Assembly (NCBI GenBank): GCA_010093605.1
Contig: MU004195.1
Location: forward strand, 1,689,566 to 1,734,399
Direction: 5' to 3'
From: Lophium mytilinum
Lineage: Eukaryota
Length of the DNA stretch: 44,834 nucleotides
Part shown: piece by piece, positions 1 through 10,484 of the stretch
How positions within the stretch are numbered: position 1 is the stretch's first letter
Layout of the letters: every line of letters begins with the position of its first letter
The notes under the pieces: model-generated
Told to the model about the DNA's origin: nothing
The model's database searches: none
What the model saw: the letters and a program-made list of their open reading frames with translations, nothing else
Made by a program: the position numbers and the translations under genes

Positions 1-433
1 TTTTCTCCACCGGTTTAGGTAGATGTTGAATAGCATCAGTAGTATATTAAAATGATCACCGGAAGGTCGTGCACCCCGTGCACTGCCACTTCAAGGCATC
101 ATGCATTTCGTAATCGTAGTTGATTCCTCACCTGGCCTCTCACAATCCAACCGGGCCATAATGGATCTTGTTCTGAAATTTTGAAACCTTAGCGAAATGG
201 TCTTTGTACCGATTATGACTGGGGGGAGAGCCGCAGAGGCCTTCGGAACCTGAGTCACATGGCTACGCACGTATGGTCCGCTGCATCAGCCCGTCACTCA
301 CTAGTTCTGAGAATGTTGTCCGTTGGAACTGTAATGATTCAACGATACCACCGAATAACTTTTGATATTTCCTTTCCTTCAATATTCCCATTGGCCTCCC
401 TAGCATCCTACAGTTCCTCATCCCCCTTTCCAC

Positions 434-2673
434 CTAGTGATGGAACAACCGGATATGCTGCTCCACAAACGTAACCCCCAACTTCTCCGCCGCCTCCATG
501 ACCACCCCATCGTTCTGGCTCCCAGTCGGCGCCGCCAGATACTTAACCCCACTCCGCGCCGCGCGATATACGTTATCCACGAACGGGAAGAACGCATCAC
601 TGCTCAGCGCTACCTCGCTCAGCTTCCCGAGGAACTCCTTCCGCTCTTCAGCCGTGAACGCCTTCGGTGCCTGACCAGGCTCGAAGTTAGCTTCGAACTC
701 GTCAAGCTCGGGGCCCGGGGCGGTCGGGATGGAGCCGGAGCAGAGGAGGTCGATGGCGTTGGATTTGGAGGGGCGTTTGGTGCCTTTCTTGAAGGTGAGG
801 GCGAGGGTGCGTTCGTGGAAGCGGAGCCACCAGTTGTCGGCCTTGTCGCCGGCGAGGCGGGTGCAGTGGATGCGAGCTGTTCGTGAGGTCAGTGTTATAT
901 GAAGGGGATGGGGAGGAGAGACACTGACATTGTTGGCCGGCACCCAGGCCGATGACTTGACCATTTAGGGCGTAGCAGACGCTGTTGGACTAGAAAGCAT
1001 GAGGTGCTGTCGAAATGATGTCGATGCATTAGCTTACCTGAGTGTACTTGAGCGCAATGGTAGCGACGGTCAAGTCTCGAAGTGCTGATTCGGGTAGCGG
1101 CGCGGAGTCTTTAGGGGTGATGATAGTATTGAAGGTGTTAGACGGCGAGATATGAGCGTCATTGCGCTGCTGTCGCAGGTTGATGCCGTAAACTGACCGC
1201 GTCTCGGTGGCTGGTGGGTCGTACTCGGGGTCCATTTGGAGGACTAGGTACTTACCGCCCTTCTTCTTCTTGAGTATTTCGAGGGCTTCCGCAGAGTAGC
1301 CAGGTGCGATGACCCCGTCAGAGACTTCGCGGCTGATGATCTTTGCTGTTGGAAGCTACGTTGTTTGAGTAAAGAAGACCAACATGAGGAAGTAGGACGG
1401 CATACATCAACTTCTGACGATAGCGCTATCATGTCACCGAAGCTTGACATGCGATCAGCTCCACGGGCGCGAGCATAAGCTTGAGCCAGACCAGACTTCT
1501 CGATACCTTCGATATCATCCACCATATATACCTTTCTCTCGACGTCATTGAGAGGGACACCAATAGCTGCTCCTGCTGGCGAGACGTGCTAGTGATGAGT
1601 TAGCATGAAGTATCCATTAAGTGAAGGAGCCAATACCTTGAAGCTCGTAGCAGCAGGGTAGTTCAGAGCCTGGCTGAGCTCCTTCACCAAAGGCCAGGCA
1701 TTGAGAGCATCAAGTAGGTTGATATACCCCGGAGATCCACATAGAACCTTGAACGGCAGTGCCGAATCCTTCATGAAGACAGCAGCCGGCTTCTGATGTG
1801 GGTTCGCGCCATATCGCAATGCCAGCTGCTGTTGTCCATCTCCAGCATACTTCTTCCGGAAGAAGTCCGAGATTGCGGTATCGTAGTCCGCGGTCTGCTC
1901 AAACGCCTTGAGAGCGTAAAGCTGCCTGCTCTTCTCCGACACGTCGCCCTCTTTCTCTAGCTCGGTGAGGAAATCGTGGTAGTCTTTGGGGTCGCTGATG
2001 ATGGTGACGCGGGAGTGGTTCTTTGCGGCGGCTCGGAGCAATGTGACGCCACCTATACAATGAATGGTCAGTTTAGAGTTGGAAAGGGGTCCGGGGAGAG
2101 ACTACCGATGTCGATTTCCTGTATGTTATTAGATGGTTGACTCAAGTATCAAGTAGATTGATGCGCACCTCCACAGCCTCGGGTATCGTAACATTGATCT
2201 TCGCTACGGTTTCGGAGAATGGGTATAGATTGCAGACAACGAAGTCGATCTGAGAGTCCAGTGCGGTTAGCCCACTTCATCCAACATGCGATTGATATTC
2301 GTTCGAGATGAATTGCTCGGCCCGTATTGCTGACCTTGTCAATGCTGTTCTCCGCCAAATCCTTCGAATCTGAGTCGAGGTTCCTCGCCAATATGCCTCC
2401 ATGGACAGCCGGGTGTAGTGTCTTCACTCGTCCTCCCAACATCTCTGGGGCCTTCGTAATGCTCGACACGTCTTCGACAGGGAAATTGGCTTCGCGGATC
2501 ATTTTGGCGGTACCGCCGGACGCCAGCATCTTGACGCCACGGTCCTGGAGGCCCTTAGCCAAGTCAAGGAGACCGGTTTTGTCATAGACGGAGAGGATGG
2601 CTATGTGGAGTTAGCAAGGAGCGCATTGGAGGGAACATGATTTAGTACCAGTTTTCTGCCCGCTGGAAGGCAT
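434..2673 (-). CDS. ADE17: Bifunctional AICAR transformylase / IMP cyclohydrolase (purH/ATIC), 9 exons
   Basis: Spliced by hand from the ATG at 2673: [19 protein letters not shown]...[16 protein letters not shown]...[18 protein letters not shown]...LRYGANPHQ...[10 protein letters not shown]...SFKHVSPAG...LKYTQSNSVCY...[15 protein letters not shown]...SSDAFFPF...HIRLFHH*. Eight GT-AG introns with branch sites join the ORF-track fragments. Confidence 0.97.
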
Positions 2674-3374
2674 TGTGAGGGTTCTGAGAGCGGTATTGCT
2701 CTGGGAAGGCCGGATACTTGTCAAAATTGGCAAAAGAAGGGATGAGAGGAGGTTAGTTGCGGAGAATGGCTGCTGTCATGAAATCGGCCAAAAGATTTTT
2801 GCCCCACTTGACGCTGGATCTGCCCCTCCTGTCCGAACTTCGCAGCCCTGCAAAGGTTGCGCGTCACTCGGGCGTTGAAACCATCAGCCAATTAGCTTGT
2901 CGCATGACTGCATGCTGGAGAATTCTCCGAAGACTCTCATATACTACCTACTACATCAGATATCGAGTTCTACAGTCTTCAATGAGATGCTTCAAATAAA
3001 TGTGGCGTGTTGCAACGATCCTCTACATTTCTATCATCTCAGTATGGAGTGCACGGGCCGTGGATTGCCGAGAATCTTCAGACGACACCTCTTATGAACA
3101 TTACACTAATCTCACTACATCCTCATCACTTCTCAGGGTAGGAAGAACTCCACACCAAGGTTTTTATTTTCTGTCTTGTGAGATGTTCAACGAGAACTTG
3201 TAGGAGTTGTAGAAGACTGAAGAACAGAGTCCCTAGTAATAGGAGACGTACCCTGTATTCTGACGCTCAGTCTCACCCGCCTTCGTTGTAGTTCTCGATC
3301 TTTAGGTCCGAACCCGCTACCCATCAAGTAATCGTCCAAATCAGAATGGCAACATTCCCGCCGTTTGTAAAGTC

Positions 3375-4709
3375 TTACCTTGCTCGCTTTAGAGGGCGTG
3401 CGTCGTGGCTCGCGTCACTGTCGTGTCTGTGCACCCTGGACTTGACTGTGCCGAAATACTGGTCATCGAGATTGTCCAACATAAAAGCCACGTCCCTTCC
3501 GTAGTTCTGCCCGGAGACATGGCTGACAAGAAAGCGTAAGAAGTCTTCGCCCTCTTGAGAAATCTGGGAGTACATAATATCCCAGAGCAAAGAAAGCAAG
3601 AGTTTCGCCGCTGGACTTCCCCAGGCCCAAATCCCGCGTTCAGATATGTCTTCCCGTGAAAATGGATGATCGCGGCGCCGAATGAAGTCCGCTCCGTGGT
3701 CCATGGCCCAGCGGCAGAATTCCCAGGTCTCCGGTTGCAGTTGACGGCAGTCGCGGGTTAAGAGGTCAGCTATAGTGCCTCGTGGGATTTCTGCATTGAT
3801 GGATGCACCACGAGCGACAAGAAACTTTGCAAGCCCGTAGTTGCCATGATCTACTGCCCTGTGAAAGGGAGTATAGTTGAGTACATCTGTAGAATCAATC
3901 GGCGCCCCAGCGTCGGCAAGAATACGGACGACTATCAGCAAGCGAGTCGTCAAGCCTGCTGCTAGATTTTCTTGTGCGAGGATATGTAGGAGAGTATCGT
4001 TTCCCGGAAACCTTCGGAAGTTCGTATTCAGCCCATACTGCAAACACAGTGTCAAGATTTCCGGTTCCAGGGACCCTACCACCCGACCAAGAGGGGAGTC
4101 GTCAAAGGATTGACCTTCCAGTCTCTTGTTGATGTCCGCCCCATTCTGGAATAGCAACTCAAGAGTGTCTAGTTTCTGACGCATGGAAATGGGAATTCCA
4201 ACTACCGGCAGGTTCATAGGGAACTGAGACTCCACGTTGGAGTTGACAAAGATGTCGAAAAGTTGGTTCATCTGCCCGACCTGGATGGACTTTGTGCTCT
4301 TTGAATAGTGCTTGAGAAGAGCGATGAAGGTGTTTACCAAGGCATCTTGATCGTAGGGGGGCAGGCTCCCTGACCTTTGGGGTCGTCTCCTTGGAAACTT
4401 TTGATTGATTTTGTAGCAAAGGGCAATGAAACCTAGAGCATCCCAGGCCTGGCCCTTCACCCACTCGTCGATTCCATGGTATAGCAGGTAGGTAACCTTA
4501 CGAAAGTCAAGACAGTAAAGAGCGTTCTTGAAGCCGGTCTGGCCGTTGATGTCAGCCTTGGCCAACTTGAGCAGTTCTCCCCAAAGAATCCTGTGGTGAT
4601 TTTGGTTGGTTTGCATCCAGTTGCTGAGGGAACCTGGGTGCGACATGAGATGTTTGGCGATTTCGAGCGTGAGCTCATCTGGAAGAGAGTCTAGCTGAGC
4701 TCGCGCCAT
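3375..4709 (-). CDS. F-box-like N-terminus plus ankyrin-repeat protein
   Basis: Intronless ORF. LDSLPDELTLEIAKHL follows the Met at 4709 (F-box-like). Ankyrin consensus pieces: LELLFQNGADIN, GNDTLLHILA, ILADAGAPID, TPFHRAVDHGNYGLAKFLVARGASIN. The C-terminal RPLKRAR is NLS-like. Confidence 0.8.
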   Translation of the reverse strand: MARAQLDSLPDELTLEIAKHLMSHPGSLSNWMQTNQNHHRILWGELLKLAKADINGQTGFKNALYCLDFRKVTYLLYHGIDEWVKGQAWDALGFIALCYKINQKFPRRRPQRSGSLPPYDQDALVNTFIALLKHYSKSTKSIQVGQMNQLFDIFVNSNVESQFPMNLPVVGIPISMRQKLDTLELLFQNGADINKRLEGQSFDDSPLGRVVGSLEPEILTLCLQYGLNTNFRRFPGNDTLLHILAQENLAAGLTTRLLIVVRILADAGAPIDSTDVLNYTPFHRAVDHGNYGLAKFLVARGASINAEIPRGTIADLLTRDCRQLQPETWEFCRWAMDHGADFIRRRDHPFSREDISERGIWAWGSPAAKLLLSLLWDIMYSQISQEGEDFLRFLVSHVSGQNYGRDVAFMLDNLDDQYFGTVKSRVHRHDSDASHDARPLKRAR

Positions 4710-5394
4710 GATGAACGCGTATGAAGCGCAAGGCGAGATGTTGGAGGATGTGTGTTGGGGTTGGTGGGATGGTGAAGTCAAGTTCAGGTCGATGATTATA
4801 TGTTGGAAGCAAAAGTGATGCCACATGACTTGGAAGCAAAAGGTTAACCGTTCAAAGCTGGTTGAGGGTCTGGCCCGTTATATATCACTATCCAGCTTGC
4901 CCACTCGACACCACTGTTGGGGGTAGCCTGACTGCTGAGCAGGCAATCAGTCAAGAGGCAGTCTAATCTGCACTGCTTGAAGTTTGACATCGCCCTTGAG
5001 TCTTCGAAACCCTGTGGGGGTACCCCAAGCAGTGGCGTACCAGTGTGCCTAGGCTTGTGGCCTGTCACTGATTCTACTATGCTGTATGAGGCCGCCCTAG
5101 ATATCAAAGTATGTTCACTTATCTTCGAACCGGCCTCGAACCGAGCAAGGGGATATGCGGTTGGTCTTGCTGTTGGGTTTTTGAAATCGACACCACGAAG
5201 TTACAAGCGCAACCCTCTCCTCTAGTTTCCTGTGTACAATCCCCCATCTCGTCGTCCATTTATCTGTTGACCCGAGTTGCTCGGACGGTGTAACCAATCG
5301 GAGAATTCATGACTCGCGCAGGTCGACAAGCCTCAGCCTAGCCTCACCAAATCCACAAGCTTCCCCAGACTTTCCTCTAATATCCCCCAACACC

Positions 5395-6826
5395 ATGGAA
5401 ACTGGCACGGAGCCACTGATCGCGCATCTCAAGGACGTCTTCCTTGACCTCGCCGCGCACCCCTACCCCGAAGTCGCCAATCCTCCCACGGCGCCCCGCC
5501 GCGCCTCCGTTGCCCTCATCCTCCGCATCCAACCGCACTATTCCCACTGGCCCGCAGCCCGCACCAAACACGCGCACGCCCCAAGCCATGGCCACCAGCG
5601 GCGGCGCTCCTCAGCCGCCTCGAACCCAGACAAGAAGCTCGAGCTGAAGGATATCCTCGACGCGTTCTTCGCGCAAGACTGGGTCAAGCACGGGGATCCG
5701 GAGCTGCTCTTCATCAAGCGCGCGACACGCGCAGGGGACAACTGGAACGGGCACGTTGCACTGCCGGGCGGGAAGCGGGATCCGGAGGACGAGGACGATC
5801 AGGTCACGGCGGTGCGGGAGGCGATGGAGGAGGTCGGGGTGGATCTAAGCTATGCGCATGCGATTGCGATTGGGAATCTGCCGCAGAGGGTTGTTACGAC
5901 GAGCTGGGGAAAGGTGCCGTACGTATAACCGTTTACGAGTGGAAGGATATTACCGGGCTAACTTGGTGGCTATGTATAGGCTCATGGTACTCTGCCCCTA
6001 CATCTTCCTCCTCACGTCCCCTAGCATCCCACCGCTCCGCCTCCAACCCACCGAAGTCGCCTCAACCCACTGGGTCTCCCTCCGCGCTCTGCTTTCCCCC
6101 GCCCAGCGCACGTTCGAGTACGCAGACGTCTCAAAACGGCTCGCGAAGTCGGAGCTGGGCATTAAGCGCTGGTTTCTGCAGTCCATGCTCAGTCAGATGA
6201 TGTTCGCGGCCGTTCGATTATTACCCTCGGAAAGCACATACTGCAGCTCGATACCAGGCTTCATACCAGAGCTTGAAGACTCAGCAGGCGTTATTGGAAG
6301 CATTAAGGGGTGGTGGACTGGTGATACAGCTGCGACGACAACGCAGAAACCGCTGCTGCTTTGGGGACTGACGCTGGGCGTGATTTCGGACTTGCTGGAG
6401 CACATACCGCCGCATAAAGCGATGGATATGTGGACGTATCCCACGTTTACAAGCTGGGATGTTAGAATCACGCTCTGGGCCATGTCGTACAGATTTAGGA
6501 AGCAGAAGGCGATTGAAATGGGGCAGGCTGCTGAGATCCCAGCAGGGACCGAGGAGAATATGAAGGTGCCGAAGCAGGATCCACAGGGTATGCCAGTTGA
6601 AGAAGAGCCGGGAGAGGTGGGCATCGGTGGATTAGGCGTAGGGAGGCATTGGGGACGATCGAGACGGGATGCGCTGGGTTCGAGGGGCAGCGCGGTGAAC
6701 TCGATGCTTGAGGGGTATTATCCTATTGTGAGGAAGGCGGTCGCTACCGCGTTAGTCGGGAGGATATCTGTGACGGCGCTTTTGCTGGCATATGCATGGT
6801 CTAGGTATTCGAAGGTCAGGAAGTAG
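5395..6826 (+). CDS. Nudix hydrolase, CoA-pyrophosphatase (PCD1/NUDT7)-like subfamily, with C-terminal hydrophobic segment
   Basis: Nudix box GGKRDPEDEDDQVTAVREAMEEVG preceded by GHVALPGG, plus RRASVALIL and LLWGLTLG. Intron 5919-5979 (GTACGT..CTAAC..TAG) joins ORFs 5395 and 5852. Confidence 0.9.
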
Positions 6827-8066
6827 ACTTCGCATTCGAGTTTTGCTTAGCGGGTCAAGGCTCTTAGTAATATAGATGAGTGGAACTGTGTTTTTGTTAC
6901 TGAGCTTTACCACGGTTTATGCCGCGGAGATGACCTGTCTAGGTGTTCAAGCTGCGAAAGCTACCCTGCGGGCGTGAAATCACGTTAAGGCGCTAGAATA
7001 TGACGCTTCTGTTGTGCTCTCGACCGAAGGCATGGAAATACTGCAACTTCCTCCAAATCGTAACGATATGCCCAGCATCTTTCACCAAGCACCGCAGTCT
7101 ATACTCTCGATCGGTACGTGAAGGTCCAAGCTAAGATGGAAGATCAACGGATAGATCGGGCCGATGTTCTATTTTTGGACATGGGCATATGGCAGCTGGA
7201 AACGCTGCGAGCTGCCCGTTGCTGACCGCTCAGTCCGCTCAGACCGCTCAGACAAGACAGCATTGGAGCCGCAAGCTGCCGAAAGCGCCTCCACTAACGA
7301 CGAAAGCCGCGCAGGTGTAGCATGCACCGCGTATTCTACACCAAGTACGCAAGACGGAGCGAGTGAGAAACATGTGGTTTGCCTGATGCAACCTCGGCTT
7401 GATCATCGTGGCTCCATACGAAAAGAATACGAAAGATTGATGAATGCTGACCACTGTACTCCGACCTGCGAAACAATTCCGCTGTGGCGAGCCGGATGTG
7501 TGGCTGGAGGCGATAGGAGAGGTTGGTTGGTAGGGCTGAGGAGACGCAGCACAAGCCCAAAAGCCTCTCGCCCACGCCGCTGGCCTCTCGGAACTCCACG
7601 CTGCACGCCTGTCAGCTAGCCATCGACCATCATCCAATGGCTGGCTATCAAAGCTGCACAGCTCGAGCGTCTTCCCGCTAGGGAACGAGAACGTGACGTG
7701 CGACCGCTTGTTCCTGCATGCTTACTTGCTTAGCTGCGACTCGAAATGCTTGTGCGATGGCTTGGGCGGAGGTGGCAGCGAGCACTGGCCCACCGACTCG
7801 ATCAGAGTTATTCTAGGATCGGGAGGAGATGCGGTGGGGATTGTCTTACTAGTATGGGTGGAGGTATATATTCCATTTGCTCCTGGCTTGGTGAGGTTAT
7901 TATCAACTCATTCCATTCGCTGTGTTCTGTCTATCTATCATTCACTCAGTCTACGCCATACTTGAGCGTTCTAAGTTTCGGGCTTTTTCTTTTTCGTCCT
8001 TCGCTATATCATCTGCAAAGCGTATACTCATAATCAAATTCCCGATATCGGGAGTAAGCCTTCACG

Positions 8067-9794
8067 ATGAGTTATACGTCTACTCTCCTCCTCGGTCTCC
8101 TCGCCCTAGGCAGCGTCGCCAGCGCTATCCCAGCCTCCTCAGTCAAACCCTCTACGGACGCAAGCTGTGGCGGCTCCACAGGCTATACTTGTGCCGGATC
8201 GACATTCGGAACCTGCTGTAGCGCATACGGTTGGTGTGGCTCAACCGATGCATACTGTGGAACAGGCTGTCAATCTGGCTTCGGCCAATGCGGCTCAGGT
8301 CCTTCCACTCCCTCTTCCTCCTCAACTGTGCTGGTTTCTAGCACGTTTGCAACAAGCGCATCGTCGACGCCTTCGTCTACTAGTCCGGCTAGTCTTAGCG
8401 ATTGTCTTAATGACAACAACGTTCCCATCAGCCTCGCAACCTCACCAAACTTCCAGCAGCTCTCTGCCCCGTACAACCAGCGCCTTGCATACACTCCAGC
8501 TGTCATCGTTATCCCCACAACCCAGCAGCATATCCAAGATGCCGTCGTCTGTGCAGGCACGAGCAAAGTCAAAGTCCAGGCAAAGTCGGGGGGCCACAGC
8601 TACGCGTCCTTCTCTTCGGGTGGCAAAGACGGATCCATGGTTATTGATCTTGAGAATTTCCACGATATCACACTCGACACCACCACCGGCATCGTCACGG
8701 TAGGAGCTGGCGTCCGTCTCGGGAACCTTGCACAGGGCGTCTGGGACCAAGGCAAACGAGCTCTTCCCCACGGTACATGCCCCGGCGTTGGTATTGGCGG
8801 CCACTCCACTCATGGTGGCTACGGCTACGACAGCCGTCTGTGGGGCTTGGCTATGGATACCATCATCGCCCTCGACGTCGTGCTCGCCGACGGCTCCATG
8901 ATCCATGCCACCTCCACCGAGCATTCCGATATCTTCTGGGCGATGCGCGGCGCTGGTGACTCTTTTGGTGTAGTCGTAACCTTCTACATGCAGACTCAGC
9001 CCGCCCCTGAAGCCGTCACCTTCTTCCAATACAGCTTCTCCGTCTTCGGATCGCAGGACACCTTCACCAACACCTTCCTCCACCTCCAGGACTTCGCCAC
9101 TAACTCCTCCGTAATCGACGGCCGCATCGGATTCGGCGTCTACCTCGACGGCTCCGGCTTCAGCTTGACAGGCACATTCATCGGCCCCATCGACGAGTAC
9201 AACAACAAGATTGCGCCTGAGCTTCTTCGTAGCCTACCCACGCCATCGAGCCCAACGGTCCAGTCCGTGGACTGGATCACCTCCCTCGTCAAGCTCTCCA
9301 ACGAGCCCTCCCTTTCCGTCCCCCTAAGCGGCTACTCCGCTCACGACAACTTCTTCGCCAAGAGCATCACCGTGCCTGAATCCACTGGCCTGACCGCGGA
9401 CGCGCTGAACAGCTACTACACCTACATCCACAGCACCGCCGCGCCCGCCTCCTGGTTTAGCATCATCAACCTGTACGGCGGTCCGGAGTCCGCCATCAAC
9501 ACCAAAGACACCACGTTCGCCGCCTACAGCGATCGCGACAGCCTATGGGTGTTCCAACATTACGGAGAGACGCAGGCGAGCGTGCCGTTCATCCAGGGCC
9601 TGAATGACGCCGTGGTGAAGGCGCAGCCGCAGACAAAGTTCGGCGCCTATCTGAACTATGTGGATCCTAGTTTGAGCGCGGCGGATGCGCATGCGTTGTA
9701 CTACGGTGACGCGGTGTATGGACGTTTGGCGGCGTTGAAGAAGACGGCGGATCCGAATGCCGTGTTTTGGAATCCTCAGGCGGTTGGGGCGTGA
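8067..9794 (+). CDS. Secreted FAD-linked oligosaccharide oxidase (CAZy AA7, BBE-like) with N-terminal CBM18 chitin-binding domain
   Basis: Signal peptide; hevein-type CGGSTGYTC..CCSAYGWCGSTDAYCGTGCQSGFGQC; Ser/Thr linker; KSGGHSY and HGTCPGVGIGGH flavin-attachment motifs; BBE tail YLNYVD..YYG..RLAALKKTADP..F.NPQ. Confidence 0.93.
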   Translation: MSYTSTLLLGLLALGSVASAIPASSVKPSTDASCGGSTGYTCAGSTFGTCCSAYGWCGSTDAYCGTGCQSGFGQCGSGPSTPSSSSTVLVSSTFATSASSTPSSTSPASLSDCLNDNNVPISLATSPNFQQLSAPYNQRLAYTPAVIVIPTTQQHIQDAVVCAGTSKVKVQAKSGGHSYASFSSGGKDGSMVIDLENFHDITLDTTTGIVTVGAGVRLGNLAQGVWDQGKRALPHGTCPGVGIGGHSTHGGYGYDSRLWGLAMDTIIALDVVLADGSMIHATSTEHSDIFWAMRGAGDSFGVVVTFYMQTQPAPEAVTFFQYSFSVFGSQDTFTNTFLHLQDFATNSSVIDGRIGFGVYLDGSGFSLTGTFIGPIDEYNNKIAPELLRSLPTPSSPTVQSVDWITSLVKLSNEPSLSVPLSGYSAHDNFFAKSITVPESTGLTADALNSYYTYIHSTAAPASWFSIINLYGGPESAINTKDTTFAAYSDRDSLWVFQHYGETQASVPFIQGLNDAVVKAQPQTKFGAYLNYVDPSLSAADAHALYYGDAVYGRLAALKKTADPNAVFWNPQAVGA

Positions 9795-10484
9795 CTAGTT
9801 GAAGTGTAATTTGTAATGTGTGTGTGATGGGTCGGGAGATGAGGAGCTTGTATTTTTGGAAGGCGGATGTTTTTTTCTTCTTGATTTTAGCAAGCGGCAT
9901 AGCATAGCATGGTGGTCCGGAGTTTCAACTGCATTTTCCAAGGTTGGGATAACTTATAATCGTAGTCACTATACATTACAGTAACAAGCCAGATGTCTAT
10001 GCACACCAGTGTCCCACTTCTATAGTACCCTCATAAGGATTCACCCATCTAAGCGCGATCTCAAGATCCAGGGAATGGGAACCAGCATGCTTTCTGACTC
10101 GCTGTCTACTACTTAGCCGGGATACTCCTCGCAGTAGTACGTTACAGTTTCGAAAGTGATGTACTCCAAGTGCGGGTGATGGGGCAGTCTTGTTTGAGAT
10201 ATGTAGAATGAATGTAGACGAGTAGCTGGCATGCGATATCTGCATTTCTGCGAGGCGCGACACCGATGAATCGAGGTTGAGCGCAGCCCAACTATCATGG
10301 CGCACCTCTGCGTTGGAAGATGAACGCTGCTTTTCCTAAAAATAACGTATCTAGTACTCTCGTATCGCAGCTTCTCTAGTCACCGGCATCATATCGAACC
10401 ATTCTGGGTATCTGGTTTTCTGTGAATTTTCAATTTCGTTGAAAATGTCTCTGTGGAGTCCGTGAGAAGAGATGAAAGATCATA

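Noticed and set aside
437..886. 149-aa plus-strand ORF and similar antisense ORFs (8442-9083, 10678-11232, 13447-14031, 23055-23570)
   Set aside because: They are shadows of real genes on the opposite strand and carry no independent motifs.
4710..4826. Longer N-terminus (MWHHFCF...) of the ankyrin ORF
   Set aside because: The extension looks like 5' UTR sequence. The F-box-like motif starts right after the Met at 4709, the more plausible start, though this is unproven.
7164..7637. Overlapping 130-150 aa ORFs and a short (GACCGCTCA)-like triple repeat
   Set aside because: No domain or coding-like composition. Most likely the intergenic/promoter region of the AA7 gene.
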